A stretch of DNA of 57,892 bases, filler included, from Dugesia japonica (taxonomy: Eukaryota), in the NCBI GenBank assembly GCA_001938525.1. It is 4 parts of 4 records of this genome, joined end to end, with 100 filler letters (N's around TTAATTAATTAA, not from the genome) between each part and the next. Parts side by side here need not be neighbours in the genome. Positions count along the whole stretch, not along the records: positions 1 to 14,542 come from MQRL01631459.1; 3 more parts are not named here. The stretch is one strand, 5' to 3'. The position numbers and the translations under genes were made by a program. Shown here one piece after another: positions 1 to 10,438 of the stretch. The number at the start of each line of letters is the position of its first letter. The stretch's first letter is position 1. The notes beneath the pieces were generated by a model. It was given only the letters and a program-made list of their open reading frames with translations, had not been told where the DNA came from and did no database searches.

Positions 1-56
<56 letters not shown>
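1..56. repeat. (ATT)n microsatellite
   Basis: Perfect ATT tandem run at the window start, intronic to WDR63. Confidence 0.95.
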
Positions 57-57
<1 letters not shown>

Positions 58-146
58 ATTATATTATTATTATAATTTCATTATTATTACTTTATAATTA
101 AAACATTCTAATAATAAAAATTAACTAAAAATAAATCTATTAACAG

Positions 147-512
147 ATTCCAACTTTACGACACGCAGCAGTTAGTCATTGTGAAAGCTCTCACGCATCA
201 CCAATTACTGATTTAAAATGGTTACCTGATCATTATGAAATTAATAATTTGGGATATTCATTGGAAAATTTATCGTCAAAATCTGTTCAAGTTGTAACAG
301 CTGCTGGTGATAATAAAATTCTTTTCTGGGATATCAGACCAAACAAAGCGGTTACCGGAGCACCTGACAAAACTTCACAGCAAATTGCAACATCAGCTGG
401 AGTACCAGAAACATTTAAATTTCTTGATATGAAATGGAAACCAACACTCAGAGTTCATTTGTATAAAGTTGGTCCTGGCGGTGATCATGCTCCAACTAAG
501 TTTAGTTTAAAA
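147..512 (+). CDS. WDR63: WDR63/DNAI3 (WD40 dynein axonemal intermediate chain, IC140-like), internal exon
   Basis: Acceptor taacag| at 146 and donor |gtatgt at 513. Translation IPTLRHAAVSHCESSHASPITDLKWLPDHYEINNLG...ILFWDIRP...DHAPTKFSLK matches the recalled vertebrate WDR63 segment ITDIHWL..FEIN.MG..FWDIRP..DHCPTKISL. The 5' exons lie outside the window. Confidence 0.9.
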
Positions 513-965
513 GTATGTTTTAATGAATTAGAAAGATTTTTTAGAAGAAATAATTAAATTAAAAAATAATTATTCATTATGGTGCTGTTAAATAGTTAAT
601 TAATTATTATTTATTATTTTATATTAATTTACTGATTCGAAATTGTCTTAAGTCAAATATGTTGTTTTAGTTAATTACTGATTTGTCATTTGATTCTTCA
701 ACTAATATTTCAAATATTAAATGTTTCAAAGTTTTTTATAATCATATTTGAAATATTTTTCCTGCAATTGTTACGAAATTATTGGCTTTAAAATATACGC
801 CATTTGGGTGTGACGAATAAAAAGAAATTTAATCCAGCTACCGAATTATTGTAATTAATATAATAAATAGTAATAATATAATAAATTAATATTTAATTAA
901 TTTTCATATTATCTAATAATACTGATCTCATGTTACCTAATTTGGATAATAAATAGTGTATTAAC

Positions 966-1302
966 TAGGGATCTACCGATATGCATTTTTGCCGATTTGC
1001 CGATATTTTCTTTGCTGATATGAGTATTTATTAGGACAAAAACCAATGANTTGCANAAAAAAGTTTGATGACTTTCCAGAATTGCATCCGAACTCTAAGT
1101 ATTCTAAAAAGCATTCTAATCCTAATATTGGTATCGGTATCGATATATTAAATTCTTGAGATATTTATAAATCAAAATGATATTTTTTATTGAATTTTTT
1201 TGTCAAAATGTTACTTATTATGAAATATCGGTGACGTCAATATCGGGACCAATACATGCTACCGATACCGATATTTCCGAAACTCTGATATCGGTGCCAT
1301 TG
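966..1302. mobile_element. hAT-type MITE (TAGGGAT..ACCGATA family)
   Basis: Starts tagggatctaccgatat, has internal ccgata/tatcgg subterminal repeats, and ends with a degenerate atatcggtgc. Confidence 0.55.
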
Positions 1303-1439
1303 ATGCATGAGCACTTAACAAACAACGTTTCCAGAAAGACTGTAAAACACTTAAATATTTCAAGGGAAATGAAATAAGGCTACATATCGCTTCGTTTGTT
1401 TATACAGACAAGATCATAACAGAACAAAATTATAAATAG

Positions 1440-1510
1440 CTGATAGAAAAGTGTATACGTTTTTATTTTCATTCGCCCTCAAACAGGGACGGTCGGCGCT
1501 AATGGGTTAA
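1440..1510. mobile_element. piggyBac-type terminus
   Basis: Ends ...ggtcggcgctaatggg|ttaa, the TTAA target plus CCC terminus typical of piggyBac. Confidence 0.4.
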
Positions 1511-2185
1511 TATCTCATTTTGTATAACAATCAATAAGTAGAAATGAAACATTTTTAGTCTATCTCTCAGATCGTTCTTGCGGGTTATACTCTGATTTAA
1601 TGAGATATATTATTTTACATTTGAAAAATCTGATTTCAGCTGTCATTTTAATAAAAATTCGTTGTTATCATTGAGTGTGATACCATTTACATTTATAATT
1701 TAAATAATAGTTACAAACATAATTAAATGTCTTGTGAAATCTAATAGAAATAACATTAAATTAATATATTTACAAATAATCATTTTTCTTATTTCAATTA
1801 TTCAATCTTTATTAAATATTTCTCTATTTTAATAATAAAAAATTAACAAATAATTTTTTATTAGTTTTCATGGGAAAAAATTTGTGTTGAATGATCAATC
1901 AAAATTAAACAAATATTTCCTTTATATTTAATATAGATATTTTACGAAAACATTTATTTACATATTGTCAAAATTTTGAACTGGAAATTGTTGATTCAGT
2001 TTTTTTTTTACCAAAATATTAATGTAATTTAATTTTTTTTTCTTTTGAAATTTTTGTAAAATTTGTTGTGTCAAATAACCACAGTTAGACAATTTTATTT
2101 AAGTTAAGTCCAGAAATTACTAAGATTTGCTTTGTGGATACTTTAGAATGTAAAACTCCTTTCTTACTTTTTAAAATTATATATA

Positions 2186-2437
2186 TTACAATCGCAATTA
2201 TTGCGAGAATAATTGTTGGACATAACCATTGATCGTTTTTTAGAATTCATTTAAAATAAAAGCTTCGATCAATAAATTTTTTAATTGTTTTTTTGAGATT
2301 GATTCGATATTTCGGCTTTGTCTTCGTCAAGAATTGACTTTTTTAAAAGTCAATTCCTCACGAAGTCTAAGTCGAAAAATTCGAAATATTATTAAAAACA
2401 AAAAAAATTTTTGATCAAAGCTTATATTTTAATGAAT
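2186..2437. mobile_element. short Penelope-type hammerhead repeat (family A), back-to-back inverted pair
   Basis: Palindrome at 2245-2437 centred on gaattgactttttt/aaaagtcaattc. Each arm carries a mutated hammerhead core (minus strand TTGACGA-A-GACAAAGCC-GAAA-TA-TC; plus strand CTCACGA-A-GTCTAAGTC-GAAA). Confidence 0.65.
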
Positions 2438-2677
2438 ATTTATATTTGTTATTTATTACTATATTTTTGCATTAGTGTCATATTGAAGATCATGTTTATG
2501 CAAATTGACAACATTTTTCAATCATCTATCAAATAATTTAANTTCTAGTTTTGGGATGTTAAAATTTTCTTTATAGATTATTTATATAGATTATTTATTT
2601 GAAATTATTCTTTTCTTTATTTTGCAAAATTTAATCACTTATAACGTATTTATTTCAAAGTTGAATTTGAAATTTAG

Positions 2678-3056
2678 GAAGTTCAAGGTGATCGGAAAGT
2701 TTTAGAATGCTTAGAAGAAAAAGAAAAAGTTGAAGAACAGATTTCTGCAAAATCAGGAACTCAAAAAGCTAGAACATTACAAGCAGTGAATACTCATATA
2801 TATGTTGGTACTGAAGATGGTGAACTAGTTTATGTTGATTGGATGCCTCAAAAGGATACAGATACTGGGAAATTGCAAACTACAAAACCAGAAAACTTTT
2901 GGAATATTCATGATGGTCCAGTCACAGCAGTTACACGGTCTCCATTTGATAGAACAATAATCTTAGTTGTCGGTGGGTGGGTTTGGAGTTTGTGGAAAGA
3001 AGGCGTAAATTCGGGTCCAATTTTACAGAGTTGTACTAGTGCTAAACCACTTTCTG
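2678..3056 (+). CDS. WDR63: WDR63/DNAI3 internal exon
   Basis: aatttag| acceptor, phase 0 consistent with the previous exon. Encodes YVGTEDGELVYVDW..DTDTGKL...IHDGPVTAVTRSPF..IILVVGGWVWSLWKEGV.SGPILQSC. Donor g|gtatga, phase 1. Confidence 0.92.
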
Positions 3057-3078
3057 GTATGAATTCATAGTCAAAATA

Positions 3079-3079
3079 A

Positions 3080-3144
<65 letters not shown>

Positions 3145-3206
3145 NNNNNNNNNNNNNNNNNNNNNNNNNNNNNNNNNNNNNNNNNNNNNNNNNNNNNNNN
3201 NNNNNN

Positions 3207-3267
<61 letters not shown>
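3079..3267. repeat. (AAT)n microsatellite with internal gap
   Basis: AAT run filling most of a 231-nt WDR63 intron. Confidence 0.95.
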
Positions 3268-3271
<4 letters not shown>

Positions 3272-3287
3272 TTAAATAAACATTCAG

Positions 3288-3502
3288 GCGGAGCTTGGTC
3301 ACCTACTAGGTCTTCAGTGTTTTTCATTATTAGAGCGGATGGTTGCGTAGAAATTTGGGATATAATTGACAAAACACATGAACCAACTCTGGTTCAGAAT
3401 ATTTCTTCGTCATCTGCTTTGACAACTATCAGTATTTATAATTTTGTTAAAAAGCAACTTGTTGGATTTGGTGATATCAATGGTGGCTTACATGTTTATG
3501 AG
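3288..3502 (+). CDS. WDR63: WDR63/DNAI3 internal exon
   Basis: cattcag| acceptor, phase 1. Encodes GAWSPTRSSVFFIIRADGCVEIWDIIDKTHEP..QNI...KQLVGFGDINGGLHVYE. Donor |gtatta. Confidence 0.92.
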
Positions 3503-4339
3503 GTATTATATGTTCATTTCTACAAATTTTAGAATNNNNNNNNNNNNNNNNNNNNNNNNNNNNNNNNNNNNNNNNNNNNNNNNNNNNNNNNNNNNNNNNN
3601 NNNNNNNNNNNNNNNNNNNNNNNNNNNNNNNNNNNNNNNNNNNNNNNNNNNNNNNNNNNNNNNNNNNNNNNNNNNNNNNNNNNNNNNNNNNNNNNNNNNN
3701 NNNNNNNNNCTTTGTTTTTTTATAGTTAAATTGAGGTTAATTTCAAATAAAACATTTTTAAAGCATTGTACCAAAGTGAAGGATTCAAAATGAAAAACAT
3801 AAGTTTCTAATCTAACTTTATTATTAAATCATAGGTCACATGTCATTACTGGAGACTTTTTGTGGTACCATTTTTTATCAACACTGTAGAAAACGGTTTG
3901 AAAATCCCGGTCAATTTTTGAGGATTTTCTTTTTACTACAGTACTAGTTTCAGCAAACCACTTTCACATTTAAAAGTTTTGATATTGAGAATAAATTGTA
4001 TTCTGACGATTTTTCTATCAATAACTATTTTTAAATTATAATTATTTATGATTTTAAATTATTTATATGATTATTTCATGTTTATTCTAACTAAAACCTA
4101 TAGTAATAATTTATTTGGAAATCTATTTGTTAAAGATTTTTATAAATTTCTAAGATAAAATTAAATATTATTTAAAATTCTCTTTCTGTCGTTTATGTTA
4201 TATTTTCTCTATATCTACAACTTATTGTCAACTATTTTTCACTGGTTCTTAAACATATTTCTGTTTAGTGTTGATGTTCTTTAAAACCTTTAAAATGTTT
4301 CGAAAAATATTTTTTCAAGTTTTCATATTAATTTTTATA

Positions 4340-4500
4340 ATTACAATTATTGCTAGAATAATTGTTGGACAATTAATCATAGATTACATTTGAGATTTCA
4401 TTAAAGTAAAGAAAAAGCTTCGATCAAAATAAAATGCATTTTTATAGAAATTCAAATTTTCGACAATTGTCTCATTCAGGAATATTATGACTTTTTCATA
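4340..4500 (-). mobile_element. family A hammerhead repeat copy
   Basis: Shares attacaattattgc..gaataattgttggac and aagcttcgatcaaaat with the other copies. Minus strand 4450-4483 reads ATTC-CTGAATGA-GACAATTGTC-GAAA-ATTT-GAAT. Confidence 0.65.
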
Positions 4501-6084
4501 GATTCAAAACGATAATAAATTTTTGTTACCAAATTCTTTATAATCAAAAATTTATTAGTCTATTTTAAATTTTGAAAAAATATAAAGAATTTTGTAACAA
4601 AGATCTATTATATGAAATATGAAAATCTGAAATTTTCATATTAAAATATTGCTTCCTCTGTAAATTTATTTTCAAGATTATAAAATCCAAATGAACTCAT
4701 TTTTAACATATTATACTTATACCAATATGGCCAAAGGGTCTCCAACAAATTTTTGAAGGCCAGCGGGCTACAGACCGATATTAAGTACGTTTTATTTATG
4801 AAGAAATTATTACATTAATATCCTACAATTAATATATATACAATTAAATGTACACAATTTTTCAAGAATGGCATCAATAAGTTTTTACATTTTTTTAATT
4901 TTTTAATGAAAAAAATAGTGTAACATGGAACGTCCAAGTTCCATTTTTGAATCATTTTTATAAGTAATATAAAAAAATAATTATTGTCTTTTATCCTTTT
5001 TATTTGTATCTAAAAATGCTATCGAAAAACATCCAGTTTTAAGTAAAATTCATGTAAATTTTATGGTGTTTTTGTTATTTACCCTTTCAGAACAACTGGT
5101 TACACTCACTAACAACATATTTAAAATCAATTTCTTAAATGCCTATTAGTTTCTGGTAAGAACCATACTGCAATTTGTGTTGCTTATACTGCGGAAATAN
5201 TGTTTGTACAGATTCTAGGTTGGTAACACTTGCTTTGAGATTTATACTTACTTGTTAATAGTTTGTATAAATAAAAATTTTTTTTTTAAAATACTTTTAA
5301 TTTTGTCCTCAAAGGCTGTAAAAAACAATAATTAAATGTATAAATATATTTTCAATAAATATCATGAGAACTAAATAGTTTGCTTTAACAAAATAAATGT
5401 TTATGCAAATAGACAATATTTGATTAAGATTGATTACATCCTTGCGTACACCTTCGGGTCGATCGCTAACTACTCGATGCCACAGTAGGCATTTTTATCA
5501 CAGTAATTTGTCAGCCGGCAAACACAATTCGTAATTATGATTTTTACAACATGGACCATATGTTGTTGGTCGTTTGTAAAACAACCCCGAAAAGTAGCTA
5601 ACGGTCGCTCGACCATTCTAATCAGTAAATCAATGTTTCGGGACACCTCACTGGTATTTTTAGCATGACCTGGACTGAGCTGCAACGGGTGCCTTTGTTG
5701 ATCTCGACAGACCTTAGACAACCATACAACCCTTCGTTAGGAATCATCAAGTTAAAAGAATCAGCCTTTTTAGTAGTCTTCAACCCTCGCTGATAACCCA
5801 AAACGTGCTTTCTTATATGCGGCTAAGCTATAAGTATCCCAATTAGATCCCATAGCAGGATGTGGCTTGTCTTTGCTCTTCATCCCTTAATCGCCTGGCA
5901 ATATCCCTTTTACAAGTTTCTTAAGTGTGAGATCTTTCGCGATTAACACCAGCTAGACAGCCTGAGCTAATACAGATACTCGCATATTGGAAACCATTAA
6001 ATAATTATACAAATCTTTTTTTAGTTTATTTTCTGTAATGAGGAACAAGTATATATTAATATTTAATTTAATTAATTATGTTAG

Positions 6085-6294
6085 ATTCCTGTAAGATTCA
6101 AACAACATTCGCAGAGTGAATTAAATGATACCATGAAATATATTGATAAAGAAGTCAAACGACGTGATTTTGTTAAAAGACGATGGAATCTTAGAGAACA
6201 AGAAAAGATTGAAAAGGAAATTGAAGCGAAAAAGAAGGCAGGCATTGCGCCTCAAGTAATTCTTACAGATGAAGAAAACAAACTTCGAATGAAA
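6085..6294 (+). CDS. WDR63: WDR63/DNAI3 penultimate exon (coiled-coil tail)
   Basis: ttag| acceptor. IPVRFKQHSQSELNDTMKYIDKEVKRRDFVKRRWNLREQEK matches WDR63 IPW.L..PS.NE...YFEREVK...V..R..IREQEK. Donor |gtaacc. Confidence 0.88.
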
Positions 6295-6458
6295 GTAACC
6301 AAAACTATTTTCATTATATTTTGTTTAAACTAATTAATTGATAAATTTTAATTTTTAGTTTATTTACATTAAATCAATTCTATTTTAACAGAACTTTCTG
6401 ATTCTCTTAGCAGAAGCATATTTTTCTCTACTAATCAATTGTTTTATAAAATCTTTCT

Positions 6459-6494
<36 letters not shown>

Positions 6495-6559
6495 TGGGTT
6501 GGATAGAGTTTTTTAAGTGAAATTCAAACAATTTTTAAACTAATATAGACTTTCTGTTT

Positions 6560-6887
6560 GTATCTAATGGCTTTTAACCGTCTGCTTATGCTAGATTTAT
6601 TTACATTAATGATTTCTGACATTGTTTCGGATCGATCTTTGATCAACACCTTTTCCAAATCTTCACCTGAAAAGCGCTTTGGTTGACCTGGACGTTGTTT
6701 ATCCTACAAATCAAAGTCACCCATTTTGAATTAACGAAACCATTCTCGACAGCATGTTTCAGACAGAGCATGGTTTGCAATAAGCTTATGAAAGAATCCT
6801 ATAACTTTCTGCAGCACTTCTCCTGAGATGAAAACAAAAAAGCAACGCCTCCTGCAAATGTGCGTATTTTGGAATAAAACTAGTCAT
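6560..6887 (-). mobile_element. mariner (Mos1-like) transposase N-terminal pseudogene fragment
   Basis: MTSFIPKYAHLQEALLFCFHLRRSAAESYRIL..ALSETCCREWFR*FKMGDFDL*DKQRPGQPKRF resembles the Mos1 helix-turn-helix region. Contains stops and a frameshift. Confidence 0.85.
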
Positions 6888-7169
6888 ATTAAATGGATTG
6901 GTTTTCGTTTGCTGTACAACTTTACTACATAATATACCCTTATTTTAACATTCAAATATTAACACTTAACAAATCTTCCCGATTGATTTAAATTATCGCT
7001 GAAATATTTAATAAGTTAATTAATTAAAACAAACAGAGAGAATTANNNNNNNNNNNNNNNNNNNNNNNNNNNNNNNNNNNNNCGCGCACTCTGATAATTT
7101 ATATTAATTTTTAACAGATTAAATTATTTTTTCAATTAATTTTATTTATTGAAACAATTTATGTTAAAG

Positions 7170-7250
7170 GCAGAATATGAGATTTATTTACAAGACGAAC
7201 AAGTATTTCTCAGAGAACTTGGTCTTAAAGAAGAGGAAGAAGAACCATAA
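7170..7250 (+). CDS. WDR63: WDR63/DNAI3 terminal coding exon
   Basis: aaag| acceptor, phase 0. AEYEIYLQDEQVFLRELGLKEEEEEP* resembles the WDR63 C-terminus DYESYLELEK..L..LGL. Confidence 0.85.
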   Translation, partial: AEYEIYLQDEQVFLRELGLKEEEEEP

Positions 7251-7303
7251 ATTTAAACATACATATTTAGTATATTGTATTTATAATGTGATAAGATTTT
7301 TTA

Positions 7304-7309
7304 AATAAA
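7304..7309 (+). terminator. putative polyadenylation signal of WDR63
   Basis: AATAAA about 55 nt after the stop codon, followed by T/GT-rich sequence. Confidence 0.45.
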
Positions 7310-8789
7310 GATTGTTTTGATTGGTTCATTTTATTATTATTTTTTTTATAATTGTAAATTTCAACTTGGTTTTTTTATTGAATAAAGCAACAATTTTTAA
7401 ACTGAAAAATCAAAATAATACTCATGCAAAGTTTGTTTCGGTGTTTATATGGTATCTGTGTTAAAGTAAAAAGGTAAACCCTTTCACAAGTAAGAAAAAG
7501 AGTATTTATTTAGTATATGTTAGTGTTAGAAATTGTTTGTTAAATTCTATTCGTTGAGGAAAATCGTAGTAAAAAGAATTAATTAAAATTGGTTTTAATG
7601 AAATTGAAAGATAACAAATTATGATAAAAAATAAAAACATATTTTGTTTACTTCAGAATTGCGCACTCCTATCTTTAAAAAGTAATAAGAATTGATGTTT
7701 GTTTTTTTAAAGAAAAAGTTATTTATCTCGATCACTCTCCTCTTTCCTAGAGGTGTGTAATGTGTCTTCAAGAAACCATACTTCACATGTACTATTATCT
7801 ATACTTAACAATTTTAATGCAAACCGTTTAAAAACCTAATATTAGAATTCATGAATATTTTCTTTTTGATCATTTCAAATTTAATTTGGTTTTATTGTAA
7901 TTGACTTTATCAAATTTTATTTAACAAATTAATTTTCATAATTACAAGGGGTATGCCACCTCAAAAATTCAAGCAAAAAATTACGACGCGTGATAAAATA
8001 TTTCACTTTAAAAAATTTATTGTAATTATCCTAAAGAATTTGGGATCCCATGTGTACATCAGTGTGATGTTCATCTTTTTCGAAATGAATCTGCAAAAAC
8101 ATTTTGTCATGAAAAGTGCCTAATTAGCAATATTAGACAAATATATCAAGGAACGCTTGAACTTATTAAAGAGATTTGACTAGATAGATAAAAAAATAAT
8201 AGAATTCCAAGTTCCGTCAAATCAAAAAATTTATTATTAAATGCGAAAATTATGGCCAAAGTGATCATAATAGACGATCTTGTAAAATTATTTATTAATA
8301 AGTAATAATATTTATTAAAGAAAAGTTTTTAATAATTAGAGACCATTTTTGGAATTACTTTAAATTAAGGGGCAGATTTGGAATTATTTTGATTTTGAGG
8401 GCGGATTTTTGGAAATATCTCTAATTACAATTATTCAAGAATAATACTCATATAATGCTCATATAAACCGTTTTATTTCCAGATAATAGTTTCAAAATCT
8501 TGGTAATAACATCAGTCATAGGATTAAGAATAATTTATCTGGTTGCTTCAGTATTTTAATTTGTAGTTGAAACATGGATTTCATTCGCAAAAATTGACTC
8601 AATGATTAGTCCATCCTAAATCATATTCTCGGGACTTTCAATTATTGTTGAATCTATCATACGCAACAGAAAGTCACTGGATTCATGCTGATTTTCCGAA
8701 CACACATTAGTGATCAAGTTTCTTTGTTTCACATGATGCCATACTAAAGAATTCTTAAAGCAAAGTTCATTGGTGTCAGTGACGGTGCC

Positions 8790-9940
8790 ACCTGGAATAG
8801 TGTTGATAGCTTTGTCTGAGGAATCATCCACATCAGGCTATAAACCATCTAAAGAACGTATCACAATCATGTGGGACGGCAATGCACCCGGAACACGCAA
8901 AATGAAACTTCTCGTGATTGAAAAAGCAACAAACCAAGATCATTTAAAAGAACAGAGTTAAAGAATTTTCCTGTTAATTATTACAATTAGAAAGGAGGAT
9001 CAAAAGAGGAAAAGGAAAAAATTTATGGACAGAAGGATCTTTGAAGATTTTATTATAACTTAATGTGTTCAAAAAGAGCGATATTTTTTAAAAATTATAA
9101 AATTGTTACAGAAGGCAGTATTGTTATTACATAATACTCTTTGTCATCTTAATGAAAACATATTGAAAACGGAAGACGGCATTTTAGTTGCAAAATTTCT
9201 ACCATCGAACATTACATTTTTAATTCAACCTTTCGACCAATGAGTTATGTTATTACTGAAACAACATTATTTTATTAATTTTCTTAGAAACTTTTGCAAC
9301 GTAGACCATGATTTAATGAAGTTAAGGGAGAAAATGACAATATTAGATACAAAATATGGAGCGGTTGAAACAAAAATAAAGTCAATAACACTCTTTTAAT
9401 CACGGAGAAAAATGTTNACAAATAAAGATAGTGATGTTTCAGGCTCTACAGAGCCTGAAATGTGTGACTAATGAAAAATATAAATTGGTTTAAAAAGGTT
9501 GATAAAACAAAATATAGAAGAATGGATAGAATATGATTCATACTATCCGGGATTCCAGACTTTAGAGACACGGATATTATCTCTCTTCTAATTCAACCAG
9601 ATGAAAATGAAAGAGATATTGAAAATAGGATAGAAAATATTACCAATCGTATTAGCCACGACACGGCACTGATTTTTGTCGGTACTTTACTAAAGTACAT
9701 CTACCAATGAAACTTCGAATATAATTATATAATAGCTTTAAGAAATATTCGAGATGATATTAGAAAGTCACTGAGAAATTCACTTAAACCAAAATTACAG
9801 ATTTTTTTATTAAGCATGGAAAGTATTAAACTGTTGAAATGATTGTTTATTTTGTATGTGTATAATTTACTTTATAAGTGTATAAAATAAGACGTTTTAT
9901 TAAAATAACTTATCATTACTCCGGATAATCGTGAGTTAAA
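8790..9940 (+). mobile_element. Tigger/pogo (DDE_1) transposon remnant
   Basis: SGYKPSKERITIMW.GNA.GT.KMKLLVI, KAVLLLHN..CHL, FLPSNITFLIQPFDQ*V and KITDFF motifs, with a TIR-like ccggataatcg at about 9921. Confidence 0.85.
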
Positions 9941-10438
9941 TATAAGTGAGTGAAAAAATATTTTAAAAAAATTATTAAGTAATATAGTGCTAAAGACAAA
10001 TTCACATACATAAAAACAGACGTAGGAAATTATTTATTACGATAACTAAATGATTTAGAAATTTTATATTTAATTATTCTATTAAACTATTCTATAAAAT
10101 TATTCTATTATTCTATTGAACTTTTTCAAAATTCTATTCCGATTAAGAATATTCCATTAAATTCCTAAATTGTTTAATTTTGTTTTGAAAATTTCAGAAA
10201 ACCTTTATTTATTTTTTTGTTTTAATCAAAAACTTTTTTCTATTTTCTACTTAATTAAATACAAATGCAAATTTTAAATCCTTGTAACAAATGTGTTCAG
10301 CTTTCAGCAAATAATTGTTCTAGCAACAACTATTTTAAAAATCAGAATAATTTGTCTAAAAATCTTGTCTGAAATCAGTCTAATTGAAATGATAATTTAA
10401 ATTCAAAATAAATCAATTTATTAATTAAGTTTATTGGA

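Noticed and set aside
2908-3372. ORF-track entries with poly-Y/I/L and X runs (also the many X-containing ORFs elsewhere)
   Set aside because: Artefacts of (AAT)n microsatellites and N gaps.
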